64,000 nucleotides of DNA from NCBI GenBank assembly GCA_052327205.1, contig CM126208.1:109492001-109556000 (forward strand), in the 5' to 3' direction. Origin of the DNA: Somniosus microcephalus (Eukaryota). Shown piece by piece: positions 24,537 through 37,419 of the stretch. The translations under genes and the position numbers were made by a program. The notes beneath the pieces are model-generated. The model made no database searches and had not been told where the DNA came from. It worked only from the letters and a program-made list of their open reading frames with translations. How positions within the stretch are numbered: the stretch's first letter is position 1; each line of letters starts with the position of its first letter.

Positions 24537-25475
24537 GCACAGAATGTACTCTGGGTGGGGGACTTCAATGTCCACCACCAAGAGTGGCTCGGTAGCACCA
24601 CTACTGACTGAGCCCTGAAGGACATAACTGCCAGACTGGGCTTGTGGTAGGTGGTGAGAGAACCAACATGAGGGAAAAACCTACTTGACCTCATCCTCAC
24701 CAATCTACCTGTCGCAGATGCATCTGTCCATGACAGCATTGGTAGCAGTGACCACCGCACAGTCATTGTGGAGATGAAGTCCCGTCTTCACACTGAGGAC
24801 ACCCTCCATCGTGTTGTGTGGCACTACCACCGTGCTAATTGGGATAGATTCAGAACAGATCTAGCAGCTCAAAACTGGGCACTCATGAGGCTGTGGGCTA
24901 ACAGCAGCAGCAGAATTATATTCCACCACAATCTATAGCCGCATGGCCCAGCATATCCCTTACTCTATTACCATCAAGCCAGGGGACCAATTCTGGTTCA
25001 ATGAGGAGAGTAGAAGAGCATGCCAGGAGCAGCAACAGGCGTACTTAAAAATGCAGCGTCAACCTGGGGAAGCTGCAACACAGGACATGCTAAAAAGCGG
25101 AAGGAGCATGCTATAGACAGGGCTAAGCGATCCCACAATCAATGGATCAGATCAAAGCTCTGCAATCCTGCCACATCCAGTTGTGAATGGTGGTGGACCA
25201 TTAAACAACTAACAGGAGGAGGAGCTTATATCCCCATCCAAGATCGCCTCCAAGTCACACACTATCCTGACTTTGAAGTATATCGCTGTTCTTCATAGTC
25301 GCTGGGTCAAACTCCTGGAACTCCCTCCCTAACAGCACTGTGGGAGTACCTTCACCACACAGACTGCAGCGGTTCAAGAAGGTGACTTACCACCACCCTC
25401 GAGGGCAATTTAGGGTTGGGCAATAAATGCTGGCCTTGTCAGCGACGCCCACATCCCATGAACGAATAAAAAAAA
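24537..25475 (+). mobile_element. Internally deleted poly(A)-tailed non-LTR retrotransposon (APE endonuclease; clade not determined)
   Basis: WVGDFNVHHQEWLGSTTTD, LDLILTN, SDH endonuclease motifs joined to a 3' end with AATAAA and A-tail. Confidence 0.75.
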
Positions 25476-25890
25476 GCGATGCTTCAGTTGTACAGAGTCT
25501 TGGTCAGACCCCATCTGGAGTATTGCTTTCAGTTTTTGACTCCAAGGGCTGAATCATTACCTTTGCATGTGGATGGCAGCGGCGGGGTGGGCGGGGGGGT
25601 GGGTGGGTGGGTGGGTGCGGCATGGATTGCGTTGGGAACACTGGCGTTGAAGAGGCACATTTTGGAGTGGCTTTTTAATGAAGCCACTGCAATTGAATCA
25701 GACTTCCGGATTTCCTGACCAATTAACTGGAGCGGGTTCGATGATGTCACGGATGACTTGACTTCAGCTGAGCTATTTAAAAAGGAGCAATGCACAGATG
25801 TCACTTGAAGGCTGGTGGAGGTAGAAGCCAGGTTGTGAAAGACGTGAATTGGTTGTGCTCTAACAATTTGATAAAACTCAAACCTTAATT

Positions 25891-28800
25891 ATGGAGGCTC
25901 AAAGGCAGAAAGCAGCCCCAAGATTCAGTGATGCCTCCTTGAAGATATTGCTCCAAGGAGTCAGGGCCCACAGGGACATCCTCTTCCCTGATGATGGGAT
26001 GAAGAGGCCAGATGCTCATACGAAAAATGCTGGCTGGAGATTGCTGACAAAGTGAGCAGCAGGAGTATTGTTGGCAGGATTTGGATCCTGTGTCAGAAAC
26101 ACGTTAAGAACCTCATAAGGTCAGGGAAGGTGAGTACAATGCCACATTGCCCTGATGTGTGTGTCACCCCAATCCCCTCACTGAGTTCCCAAGCCTACTC
26201 CTCACTCCTCACATCAAGCTACGTTGCAGGTGCACCCATCGCTCACTGTCTATGCACTTACTCACATCCCCATCTGACCATCCACCACTGACACTCGCCC
26301 TCATCTTAATGCAATGTAATGCCTCTTCCTCATATTCATCCTCTACAGATGTTGCCCATCCACTCATTCCATGACTTTCACTCAAAGGTCTCTTGATTCC
26401 TTCCTTGCAGGAGAAGAAAGCACAGAACATCCAGGGGAGGCAGCAAACAGGTGGTGGCCCTTTAATCACGACACCGCTCACTTCAGCAAAAGAGGAGGCC
26501 CTGGAGTGGAGTTGCGTTGCGGAGCTGCTGGAGGTGGGAGATGGAGAGAGGGGGTATCTCCCAGCTACCTGGTGACAGAATTAAATTTCATACAGCAGAG
26601 GGCACACAACAGTCACTCATGTTGACTTGATGTCAGCAGCCAATGAAACATGATCATGTGCATAATGGTAACTTAAAACATTCTTTTCAGAACAGTTCTA
26701 ATTCCCTCTCCCACAGGCCCAACAAGTATTCCCCCCCCACACTGTCCAGCCAGAGAAGGAAGACGAATCCTCAGAGGAGGTCGCGGACTTGAGGGTGCAC
26801 CATCACACGACCCATGCACACCAAGCACCAGCTCATATACATACACATTGGTGGGTCCAGTAAGTGAGAAAGTAGTGTTGTCACCTGGTGTCTCACAGAT
26901 TGCATGTTAGCAAGAGTAGATGGAGGAGACACAGGGATAGCAGTGGAGAGTCCTTGTCGGAGGGCGCAGGACACTCCAAGCAGTGCTCGGTTACATAAGA
27001 ACATAAGAAATAGGAGCAGGAGTAGGCCAATCGGCCCCTCGAGCCTGCTCCACCATTCAATAAGATCATGGCTGATCTGATCCTAACCTCAAATCTTCTA
27101 TCACTCTGCATCCACCCGAACCCATGTGATCTCATGGGAGAGGCGAAAAACCAGATAAAAGACCCAATGGCCAATTTGGGAGAAAAAAATCTGGGAAATT
27201 CCTCTCCGACCCATCTAGGCAATCGAAATTCTTCCAGGAGATCACTCAGTCCCTATATTTTCTACAGTACTTACCTTCTGTAAAGGCGATCTCCACCCCA
27301 GCCAGGAACAGGAATAAAACCATCTCCTGAAATCTAACAGAATTAGAACACCAGTAGGAGCAGAACCAGGCTACACGGCCCCTGGGCCCACTCCACTACC
27401 CACAGGGCCATGACCATTCCGAACCTAGACTCATGTCCAATTTCCTGCCCGCTCCCCGTAACCCTTAATTCCCTTTACCTCTAGGAAACTATCTATTTCT
27501 GTTTTAAATTTATTTAATGATGTAGCTTCCACAGCTTTCTGGGGCAGCAAATTCCACAAACCTACCACCCTCTGAGTGAAGAAGTTTCTCCTCATCAGTT
27601 TTGAAAGAGCAGCCCCTTATTTTAAGATTATGCCCCCTAGTTCTAGTTTCACCCTTCATTGGAAACATCCTCACCGCATCCACCCGATCAAGCCCCTTCA
27701 CAATCTTATATGTTTCAATAATATCGCCTCTCATTCTTCTGAACTCCAATGAGTAGAGTCCCAATCTACTCAACCTCTCCTCATATGACCACCCCCTCAT
27801 CCCCGGGATTAACCGAGTGAACCTTCTTTGTACTGACTCGAGAGCAAGTATGTCTTTTCTTAAGTATGGAAACCAAAACTGTATGCAGTATTCCAGGTGC
27901 GGTCTCACCAATACCTTGTACAACTGCAGCAATACCTCCCTGTTTTTATATTCCATTCCCCTAGCAATAAAAGCCAACATTCCATTGGCCTTCTTGATCA
28001 CTTGCTGCACCTGCATACTAACTTTGAGTTTCGTGCACCAGGACCCCCAGATCCCTTTGTACTACAGTACTTTCCAGTTTCTTGCCATTAAGATAATAAC
28101 TTGCTCTATGATTTTTCCTGCCAAAGTGCATAACCTCACACTTTCCAGTATTGTATTCCATCTGCCAAATCTCTGCCCACTTACTTAGCTTGTCTATGTC
28201 CCTTTGCAGGTTTTTTATGTCCTCCTCACTCACTACTTTCCGTTCCATCTTTGTATCATCTGCAAACTTTGATATGTTACACTCGGTCCCCTCCTCCAAA
28301 TCGTTAATATAGATTGTAAAGAGTTGGGGACCCAGCACTGACCCCTGCGGAACACCACTAGTTACTGGTTGCCAATCTGAGAACGAACCATTTATCCCAA
28401 CTCTCTGCTTTCTGTTAGAGAGCCAATCCTCCACCCATGCCAGAATATTACCCCCAATCCCGTGATTTTTTATCTTGAGCAATAATCTTGTGTGGCACCT
28501 TGTCAAATGCCTTTTGGAAGTCTAAATACACTACATCCTCTGGTTCCCCTTTATCCACCCTGTATGTTACTTCCTCAAAAAACTCAAGTAAATTTGTCAA
28601 ACATGACTTCCCCTTCATGAAACCATGCTGAGTTTGTCCTATTAAATTATGTTTATCCAAATGTCCCGTTACTGTCTCCTTAATAATGGACTCTAACATT
28701 TTACCAACCACAGATGTTAGGCTAACAGGTCTATAGTTTCCAGCCTTCTGCCTACTACCCTTTTTAAATAAGAGTGTTACATTAGCAGTTTTCCAATCTG

Positions 28801-30845
28801 CCGGGACCTTTGCTGAGTCCAGGGAGTTTTGGAAAATTATTACCAATGCATCCACAATCCCTACCGCCACTTCCCTCAAGACCCTAGGATGCAAGCCATC
28901 AGGTCCAGGGGATTTATCTGCCTTGAGTCCCATTATTTTATCAAGTACCACTTCCTTAGTGATTTTAATCGTATTTAGTTCCTCCCCCCCTAGAGCCCAC
29001 TGTTTGTCCAGTGTTGGGATATTCTTAGTGTCCTCTACTGTAAAGACTGATACAAAATAATTGTTCAGTGTTTTTGCCATCTCCATGTTTCCCACCATTA
29101 ATTTCCCAGTCTCATCCTCTAAGGGACCAACATTTACTTTAGCCACCCTTTTTCTTTTTATATAACTATAGAAACTTTTGCTGTCTGTTTTTATATTTTT
29201 TGCTAATTTACTTTCATAATCTATCTTCCCTTTCTTAATCAATCTTTTAGTTATTTTTTGCTGTCTTTTAAAGACTTCCCAATCTTCCATCCTCCCACTA
29301 GATTTGGCTACCTTATATGCCCTTGTTTTTAGTCGGATACTATCCTTAATTACTTTACTTAGCCATGGATGGCTATCTTTTCTTTTACGCCCTTTTTTCC
29401 TCAGTGGAATATATATTTTTTGGAAGTTGTAAAATAACTCCTTAAATGTACACCACTGATCATGTACCATCTTACCCTTTAATCTATTTTCCCAGTCCAC
29501 TCTAATCAATTCCGCTCTCATACCTTCATAGTCTCCTTTATTCAAGCTCAGCACGCTTGTTTGAGATCCAACCTTCTCACCCTCTAATTGAATATGGAAT
29601 TCAACCATGTTATGGTCACTCATTCCAAGGGGATCCTTTACTAGGACATTTTTAATTAATCCTGTCTCATTACACAGGACCAAATCTAAGGTTGCTTGCC
29701 CCCTGGTCGGTTCAGTTACATACTGCTCAAGAAACCCATCCCTAATACACGCAATGAACTCATCCTCAAGGCTGCTCTGCCCAATTTGATTTGTCCAGTT
29801 AATATGATAATTAAAATCCCCCATAATTATAGCTGTTCCCTTATTACAAGCCTCAACTATTTCCTGATTAATACTCCGTCCAACAGAGTTGCAACTGTTC
29901 AGAGGCCTATAGACTACACCCACTAGTGTTTTTTTCCCCTTATTATTCCTTATCTCCACCCAAACTGTTTCACTACCCTGCTCCTTTGACCCAATATCAT
30001 TTCTCTGTATAATAGTGATTCCTTCCTTTATTAACATAGCCACCCCACCTCCTCTCCCTTCCTGCCTGTCCTTCCTGATTGTTAAATAACCTGGTATGTT
30101 TAATTCCCAGTCATGGTCACCCTGCAGCCATGTTTCTGTAATGGCCACAAGATCATACCCATATGTCGTTATTTGTGCCGAAGATGCTGAACCTTGGGGG
30201 CCGAAGATGCTGAACCTTGGGGGCCATTGACAGAGCGGATGATTCTTGAGGAGCAACAGAAAATGCAGGAGGCTCTGGCAGCTTTTCCAGCTGCGATGTG
30301 CTTGATTGTAGGGAGAATGGAAGAGTCCATCTCCAGCATGGTGTCACAGGCCATGGCTATGATGTGTTTGTCCATGGAAAGGGTGGCCACCTGCATGGAG
30401 CAACAAATGCGCCAGTCAAACAAGTGCATGCTTGCTGTGAACAACAGATTGCAGATTCTGATTGCAGCCAAATCAAGGATGGATAAAAACCTAGACTTGG
30501 CTGTTCAACGCCCACTGATGTGCAGCAAAGTGCTCTCCAGCTCCTTGCAAGCAGGGAAGTGCAAGTAGGCCATGAGAGGGATGATGGTGAGAGGGGACAT
30601 GGAAGTGGGGACTCTGCTCAAAGCACTCCCACTTCTCCCCCGTTGTCCTTCCCTTAGTCAGACCCTCATATGTTGCCTCATCTCCCGATGGCCGAGACTG
30701 CCCCTGCAGCAGTCTTTGGCGGGGCTCTCAGGCTCCAAAAATCAGACGACATCCACCAAAAGTGTCTAAACAGTCAGAGCAGAGAAGTGAGCAGCTTGCC
30801 TCTACCTCTGCTGAAAGCACAGGGGTTGTATGGTGTAGGACGAGA
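25891..30845 (+). pseudogene. Harbinger Myb/SANT-like DNA-binding protein gene (spliced, frameshifted, interrupted by CR1)
   Basis: MEAQRQKAAPRFSDASLKILLQGVRAHRDILFP...WLEIADKVSSRS...CQKHVKNLIRSGK|GTGAGT (26129); next exon TTGCAG|EKKAQNIQGRQQTGGG (26411); coiled-coil-like part at 30200-30570; 3' end approximate. Confidence 0.7.
26990..30176 (-). mobile_element. Relatively young 5'-truncated CR1 LINE inserted in the Harbinger
   Basis: Long ORF2 segments (about 570 CR1-derived aa of the 602-aa ORF, then 162 and 168 aa) with few frameshifts; (TCTTATGT)n tail at 26993-27010. Confidence 0.95.
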
Positions 30846-31164
30846 AAGATGACACAATTATAGATGTACAAGGGCATGCACATGGCTGTTATAAAATGTT
30901 TGATAGTTAAGTTTCTGTTGAATTTGAGCCACATAAAATTTATTTCTTTGCACCACTTTCCCGTCTTGTCCATTTTTGCCTGCTGCCTGGCAAGTGGCAC
31001 TGTCAGTTGGAGTGAATGGCAAGACATTACTCAACCTCGAGCAATGGGTGTGTGACAGGAATGGTTTGATCATTTTAAGACTGCTTTGTGGTGGTGGTGG
31101 TTGGGGGGGGGGCGCGGTGGTTAGCTGGCGCAGCATCTGGGTGCTAGATGGGTGCACCCTAACT

Positions 31165-32377
31165 AAATCATGCCATTATGAGGCCATCCCGGGCAGCAAT
31201 GTGCACTGCTGCTGGTGCCATGTCAACTTCAGGTTCCTCCTCCTCGTCCTTGTGTTCCTCCTCCTCCTCTGAAGAGGCTCTGCGCCTTGCTCCTCCTGCA
31301 GCTCCAATCCTCACTGCTGCGCTATATTGTGCAGAGTGCAGCATATCACGATCATTCTGGAGACCATGGCTTGTGCATATTGAAAAGCTCTTCCAGATCT
31401 TTCCAGGCATCTGAAGCACATCTTCAGCATCCCGATTACTTGCTCTATCATACATCTTGTCGTCATTTGGCTTTGATTGTAATGCTCTTCGGCCTCATTT
31501 CTTGTCCTCCTTAAGGGTGTCATCAGCCACATCTTCAGCGGATAGCCCTTGTCTCCAAGCAGCCAGCCGGTAAGTCTGTACGGAGATGCAAAGAGCTGAG
31601 GGAGGGTGGACTGGTGCAGGACGAATGCATCATGACAGCTGCCAGGGAATCTGGCGCACATATGCACAATGATCTTTGTGGTTGCAGACGAGCTGCACAT
31701 TGATGGAGTGGAAGTCCTTGCAGTTCACGAACACTCCTGGGTGATCTGGGGATGCCTTGATGGCCACAATTGTCCATTCGATGATGCCCTGCTCCTGTGG
31801 GAAGTCAGCCAGAGCCGCAAAGCTGCTTCATCAGTGGCAAAGTGTACATAAGTACCTGACTTATCAAACATGGCATTGATCACCTATGTGATGCATTTGT
31901 GGGTGGTCGATTGTGAGATCCTGCAGATCCCTGGAAGGATCCTAAGGTGAAGAATGTGAGGGTGGTGGTGACTTTGACAGCCACTGGTAACGCGTATCCA
32001 CCAAGTCCACTTGGCAGCAGGTCTTCTTTCAGCAAGCTACAAATGTCTGCCATGACCTGACGTGATAGCTTGAGCCTCCTGAGCCACTACTGTTCAGTCA
32101 TGTCCAAGAAGTTGATCCTCTGCCTAATACCCTGTGTTGGGGGTATCGCCTCCTGTGAGATGCACCCCTGTGCTCATCCCCTCTCCTGTGCAGCAGCAGG
32201 TCTGTGAGGAGAAGGCAGCTGCTGCTCCTGCTGGTATTGCTGGTGTTGTTGCTGCTGCTGCTCCTGCTGGTATTGCTGTTGTTGTTGCTGCTGCTGCTCC
32301 TGCTGGTGTTCTTGCTGCTGCTGCTCATTCTGGTCCTCATCTGAGATTCAAGGTGAAACAGCATAAGCGGCACCCAT
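31165..32377 (-). pseudogene. Harbinger (HARBI1-like, DDE_Tnp_4) transposase, frameshifted
   Basis: [50 protein letters not shown]; acidic C-terminus; ATG at 32377. Confidence 0.9.
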
Positions 32378-33506
32378 CCTGATCTGCTATATGTCAGGTA
32401 AAGTGAAGATCAGAGGCACAATCCTCCCATGTAGCGAGAGTGACTTCCAATGTTGTGCGTGTGACTTAAAGTTGTAGAAATCAGCCGCAAACTCAGCAAA
32501 AATGGTACTAGCAGGAGCCTTTCCCTCAGGCAAGGAAGCAGGTGTGAGGCATGAGTATTTGTGATTTTTTTTAACTGTCATTTGTTCAACTTCCACAATT
32601 GCTCTCGCCTTGCTTTCACTGGTGAGGTTCAGCAAGCCCGGGAATCCCGTGGACTGCCAGTAAAAGCTGCAACATCAGGTAAAAAAAGGTTGTTAATAGC
32701 TTCTTAATGAGCTGTAGACTGTTTTAATTAGGTCACCCGCCTCTCCCGAGCGGGTCCCTGGTGCACTGACTAACGCGCCCGAGTTAAAGGCAGAAGGTGG
32801 CGGGTTGAAGCCGGCTTCCCAATGCACTGTCAATTTCAATGCTTTTAACTGCCCACCTGCTTGCAAACCCACACACTCTTCAAAGTAAAAATTCAGCCCA
32901 AACCTCAAGAAAGATATATTAGTTTTGGAAGGAATACAGTGCAGATTCATTAGAATGATGCAAGGGCTTAACGGGTTAAATTATGAGTACAGGTTGCATA
33001 AACTTGGCTTGCATTCCTTGAGTTTAGAAGATGGAAGGGTGATCTAATTGAGCTGATTAAAATGATAAAGGCATTCGATAGGGTAGATACAGAGGAACTA
33101 TTTTCTCTGGTGGGGGAATCCAAAACAAGAGAGATTGGGTCGATTGGGCTTATACTCGCTGGAGTTTAGAAGAATGAGAGGGGATCTCACTGAAACTTAT
33201 AAAATTCTAACAGGACTAGACAGACTAGATGCAGGAAGGATGTTCCCGATGGCCGGGGAGTCCAGAACCAGGGGTCACAGTCTAAGGATAAGGGGTAAGC
33301 CATTTAGGACAGAGATGAGGAGGAATTTCTTCACCCAGAGAGTGGTGAACCTGTGGAATTCTCTACCACACAAGGCAGTTGAGGCCAATTTATTAAATAT
33401 ATTCAAGAAGGAGTTAAATATATTTTTTAAGGCTAAAGGGATCAAGGGATATGGGGAGAAAGCAGGGACAGGGTACTGAATTTGGATGATCAGCCATGAT
33501 CTCATT

Positions 33507-35626
33507 AGATACATAGATACATAGATACATAGAAGATAGGAGCAGGAGTAGGCCATTCGGCCCTTCGAGCCTGCTCCGCCATTCAATGAGATCATGGCTG
33601 ATCATCCAAATTCAGTACCCGGTCCCTGCCTTCTCCCCATATCCCTTGATCTCTTTAGCCTTAAGAAATATATCCAACTCTTTCTTGAATATACTTAATG
33701 AACTGGCCTCCACCGCCCTCTGTGGCAGAGAATTCCACAGGTTCACCACTCTCTGGGTGAAGAAATTCCTCCTCATTTCAGTCCTAAATGGCTTACCCCT
33801 TATACATAGATACATAGATACATAGAAGATAGGAGCAGGAGTAGGCCATTCGGCCCTTCGTGCCTGCTCCGCCATTTAATGAGATCATGGCTGATCCTTT
33901 AATTCAGTATCCCGTCCCCGCCTTCTCTCCGTAACCCTTAACCCCTTTTGCCCGTAGAAATATATCTAATTCCCTCTTAAATATATTTAATGAGCTGGCG
34001 TACACTGCCCTCTGTGGCAATGAGTTCCACAGGTTCACCACTCTCTGAGTGAAGAAATTCCCCCTCATCTCTGTCCTAAATGGTTTAGCCCTTATCCTTA
34101 AATTATGTCCTCTAGTTCTGTTCTCACCCGCCAAGGGAAACATTCCTTCTGCATCCAGTCTGTCTAGACCTGTCAGAATTTTATACACTTCTATGAGGTC
34201 CCCTCTCAATCTTCTAAACTCCAGTGTGTACATCCCTAAACTACATAGTCTCTCCTCATAGGTCATTCCCGCCATTCCTGGTATCAGCCTGGTGAATCGC
34301 CGCTGCACCCCCTCCATGGCAAGAACATCCTTCCTCAGATGAGGCGACCAAAACTGTATCCTTAGACTATGACCCCTGGTTCTGGACTCCCTGGCCATCA
34401 GAAACATCCTTCCTGCATCTAGTCTGTCCAGGCCTGACAGAATTTTATAGGTTTCGATGAGATCCCCTCTCAATCTTCTAAACTCCAGTGAGTATAAGCC
34501 CAATTGACACAATCTCTCCTCATACGTTATTCCTGCCATCCCAGGTATCAGCCTGGTGAATCTTCGCTGCACTCCTTCCATGGCAAGAACGTCCTTCCTC
34601 AGGTAAGGCGACCAAAACTGCACACAATACTCAAGGTGTGGTCTCACCAAGGCCCTGTACAACTGCAGCAAGACATCCTTGTTCTTGTACTCGAACCCTC
34701 TTGCTATGAAGGCCAACATACCATTTGCCTTCTTAACCGCCTGCTGCACCTGCATGCTTACCTTCAGCGACTGGTGTACAAGAACACCCAGGTCTCTTTG
34801 CACTTCCCCTTCTCCCAATCTATTACCATTCAAATAATAATCTGCCTTCCTGTTTTTGCCACCAAAGTGGATAACCTCACATTTATCCACATTATAGTGC
34901 ATTTGCCATGTTTCTGCCCAATCACCCAACCTGTCCAAATCATGCTGGAGTTTCACGACATCCTCCTCACAGCATACCCTCCCCCCCAGCTTTGTGTCGT
35001 CTGCAAATTTGGAGATATTACATCCAATTCCCTCATCCAGATCATTAATATATATTGTGAACAGCTGGGGTCCTAGGACCGATCCTTGCGGTACCCCACT
35101 AGTCACTGCCTGCCACTCGGAAAACGACCCGTTTATTCCAACTCTTTGCTTTCTGTCCGCCAACCAGTTCTCTATCCAAGTCAATACCTTGCCCCCCAAT
35201 CCCATGTGCCTTAATTTTGCACGCTAACCTCTTATGCGGGACCTTATCGAAAGCCTTCTGAAAGTCCAAATACACCACATCCACTGGTTCTCCCTTATCT
35301 ATTTTACCAGTTACATCCTCAAAAAATTCCAGTAGATTAGTCAAGCATGATTTACCTTTTGTAAATCCATGTTGACTTTGTCCGATCCAGCCACTGCTTT
35401 CCAAGTGCTCTGCTATTACATCTTTTATAATGGACTCTAGCATTTTCCCCACTACCGATGTCAAGCTTACCGGTCTATAATTCCCCACCTTTTCTCTACC
35501 ACCTTTTTTGAATAGTGGGGTAACATTAGCTACCCGCCAATCCATGGGTACCATTCCAGATTCTATCGAGTTTTGGAAGATGACCAGCAATGCATCTACT
35601 ATTTCTAGGGCCACTTCCTTAAGTAC
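33507..35626 (-). mobile_element. CR1 RT/3' fragment with (TCTATGTA)n tail, itself interrupted
   Basis: RT ORFs 35614-35099 and 35205-34358, resuming at about 33802 (IRGKPFRTEMRRNFF). Confidence 0.9.
33803..34357 (-). mobile_element. Short CR1 3' fragment nested in frame in the previous element
   Basis: Duplicated C-terminal peptide QFWSPHLRKD...EKAGTGY with its own tail at 33803-33900. Confidence 0.85.
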
Positions 35627-35844
35627 ATGGCGGAACAGGCTCGAGGGGCCGAATGGCCTACTCCAGCTCCTATCTTCTATGTTTCTATGACTTAATTGAA
35701 TGGCAGAACAAGCTCGAGGGGCTCAATTATACTGCCTCCTGTTAGTATGTGCGTATGGATCAGGTAAACAACAGCTGTATAAAAGTTTGACAGTCAGCAC
35801 TGTAAATTTTGTCCACTGACACTCACTGCTGTTTAGAGAGGAAT

Positions 35845-36160
35845 GACCTGCTCCCCTGGTGTCTGAGTTTATCTGAACTGTACAGACCAGGAAAGTTTCA
35901 GGTTTGGTTAACTATCAACTAGCTGATCTCAGTTAGAATGGCAGTAATGGCACCAATTGGCCTGGGTGTGCCAGAGGGAAATTAGCCACTTCTGACTGCC
36001 TGCCAGTAACTGCTGCTGAAGAGAGCTTTGGGTGAAGAATGCAACAGATAGTCAAATAGCCTGCCCATGCCTACTGTTAAGGCACACACATGAATAATAC
36101 TACCTTGGGCAAAGTGCTGGAGGGCACCTCGCATATGTGAAACTGCACTCCAGAAAGAAT
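35845..36160 (+). repeat. Probable old interspersed repeat (unclassified SINE-like)
   Basis: Partial reverse-complement similarity to 39880-39990 (CTTGGGCAAAGTGCTGGAGGGCA vs TGCCCTCCTGTACCTTGACAAAG). Confidence 0.35.
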
Positions 36161-37419
36161 GATAGATAATTGTTGAGGGGGAAAAATATAAAAAGATAGG
36201 CATGAACCCAAGTGTCTTAAAAACAGGAGTAGAATTAGAAACTCCCTTTTCTGGAATGTACAGTACAGGATAATTTTAAGTGTGCTCTTGGTGCAAAACC
36301 TCCCCTGCAAGGAGGATTTTGTGAATTTGTGATTGAGCTGTACTGGAACCAAATGGTTAAAATGTATAAATATCTCCTTGGCACTGGACATCCACTAGAA
36401 ATGGATAGCTGATCCAACAATTGTCCATCTATTAAAACTAATGAATAGGCAATCGTAGGGGTTGCGTGTCCAAATTCCAGTATCAGCTATCCCACTTTGT
36501 GACTAGGGTGCAAATTTGTAAAATTATCCCTGAAATGTTTGCATACACACATATGATACAATCTTTCACAAGATGTTGTTACCAGTGAAAATAAAATACA
36601 AAATCATGCCCTCAAGATGATAGGAGTGAAAAATTATAGCAGTTCTCTGCATAAATGGCAATTTTACAGAATAATATAGAGCAAGTATAAATAAAGTGTT
36701 AAATGGCCTAGAGAGTACTATCTGAATGTTGATAATTTGACAGCAAAACATCTTCCTAATCCAAACAGGAAAATGTGCTTTATATATGAACATGAGAATA
36801 CAACATTTCTTTTCCTGTATTTTTCTATTTCTCTGCTTTTACATTTCTAGGTAGATATCAAGACTCTGTTTGACAGCTTGAATGCTCTGGGATGTTGCTT
36901 TAACATAACCATATACAAATTACTGTGCACTATACAAAATACAGGTTACTTTGCTTATAAATCTGAAAACAAACAAAAGATTATTTATGGCTGTAACATC
37001 AAAAAATGCATGTCATAGCAACATACCACTTAGGGCAGGGGGTAAAATATGGAGAGTATTCCTACTTATGAACACATTGGAACTCATTTGTAATGGTGTC
37101 ACATAAAGAGTGCCAGGTCAGTCCACTTATCAAAGTATTCTTCATATTACACCCCACAGTACCTTTATTTATCAGATACATGGATAGTATAACAGTTATG
37201 ATACAAGCCATTATGGCACCATTAATCTATACCATGGCTTGATTAGTGGACCAACAAAAACTATCAATACTTCTTAAACATACAAAAATTAGTAATTATT
37301 GTATGATGAACAGAATATTGTACAGTGTGGAGTCAAATATGAAGAATAGGTGGTGCAACCATCACTTTTCAGTGCCTTCTGATCACAATATTTTTTAATA
37401 AAACCAAACAGGGTGTAAT

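Larger units (their letters stand above)
25546..32899. mobile_element. PIF/Harbinger DNA transposon with both TIRs and two convergent genes, decayed
   Basis: TIRs GGGCTGAATCATTAC / GTAAAAATTCAGCCC; about 3-bp target duplication (CAA); host CR1 frame rejoins when removed. Confidence 0.88.
33125..35690 (+). mobile_element. CR1 3' fragment whose tail is split (33125-33506 and 35627-35690)
   Basis: LGLYSLEFRR...EKAGTGY*; tail CATGATCTCATT continues as ATGGCGGAACAGGCTCGAG at 35627. Confidence 0.85.
23900..35760 (+). mobile_element. Old CR1 LINE, broken by nested insertions (pieces about 23900-24536, 25476-25545, 32900-33125, 35691-35760)
   Basis: RT motifs at 23.9-24.5 kb, MLQLYRVLVRPHLEYCFQFLTP at 25479, continuation NLKKDILVLEGIQCRF at 32901, tail remnant at 35691. 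Confidence 0.75.

Noticed and set aside
28448-30256. 602-aa ORF as an active LINE ORF2
   Set aside because: 5'-truncated in the endonuclease, N-terminus comes from antisense Harbinger sequence, frameshifts downstream
31165-32377. Host HARBI1 gene
   Set aside because: Frameshifted, enclosed by TIRs with a Myb/SANT partner, so a transposon copy
33904-35205. 433-aa ORF as an intact or domesticated RT gene
   Set aside because: Chimera of two nested CR1 fragments; lacks N-terminal RT motifs and endonuclease
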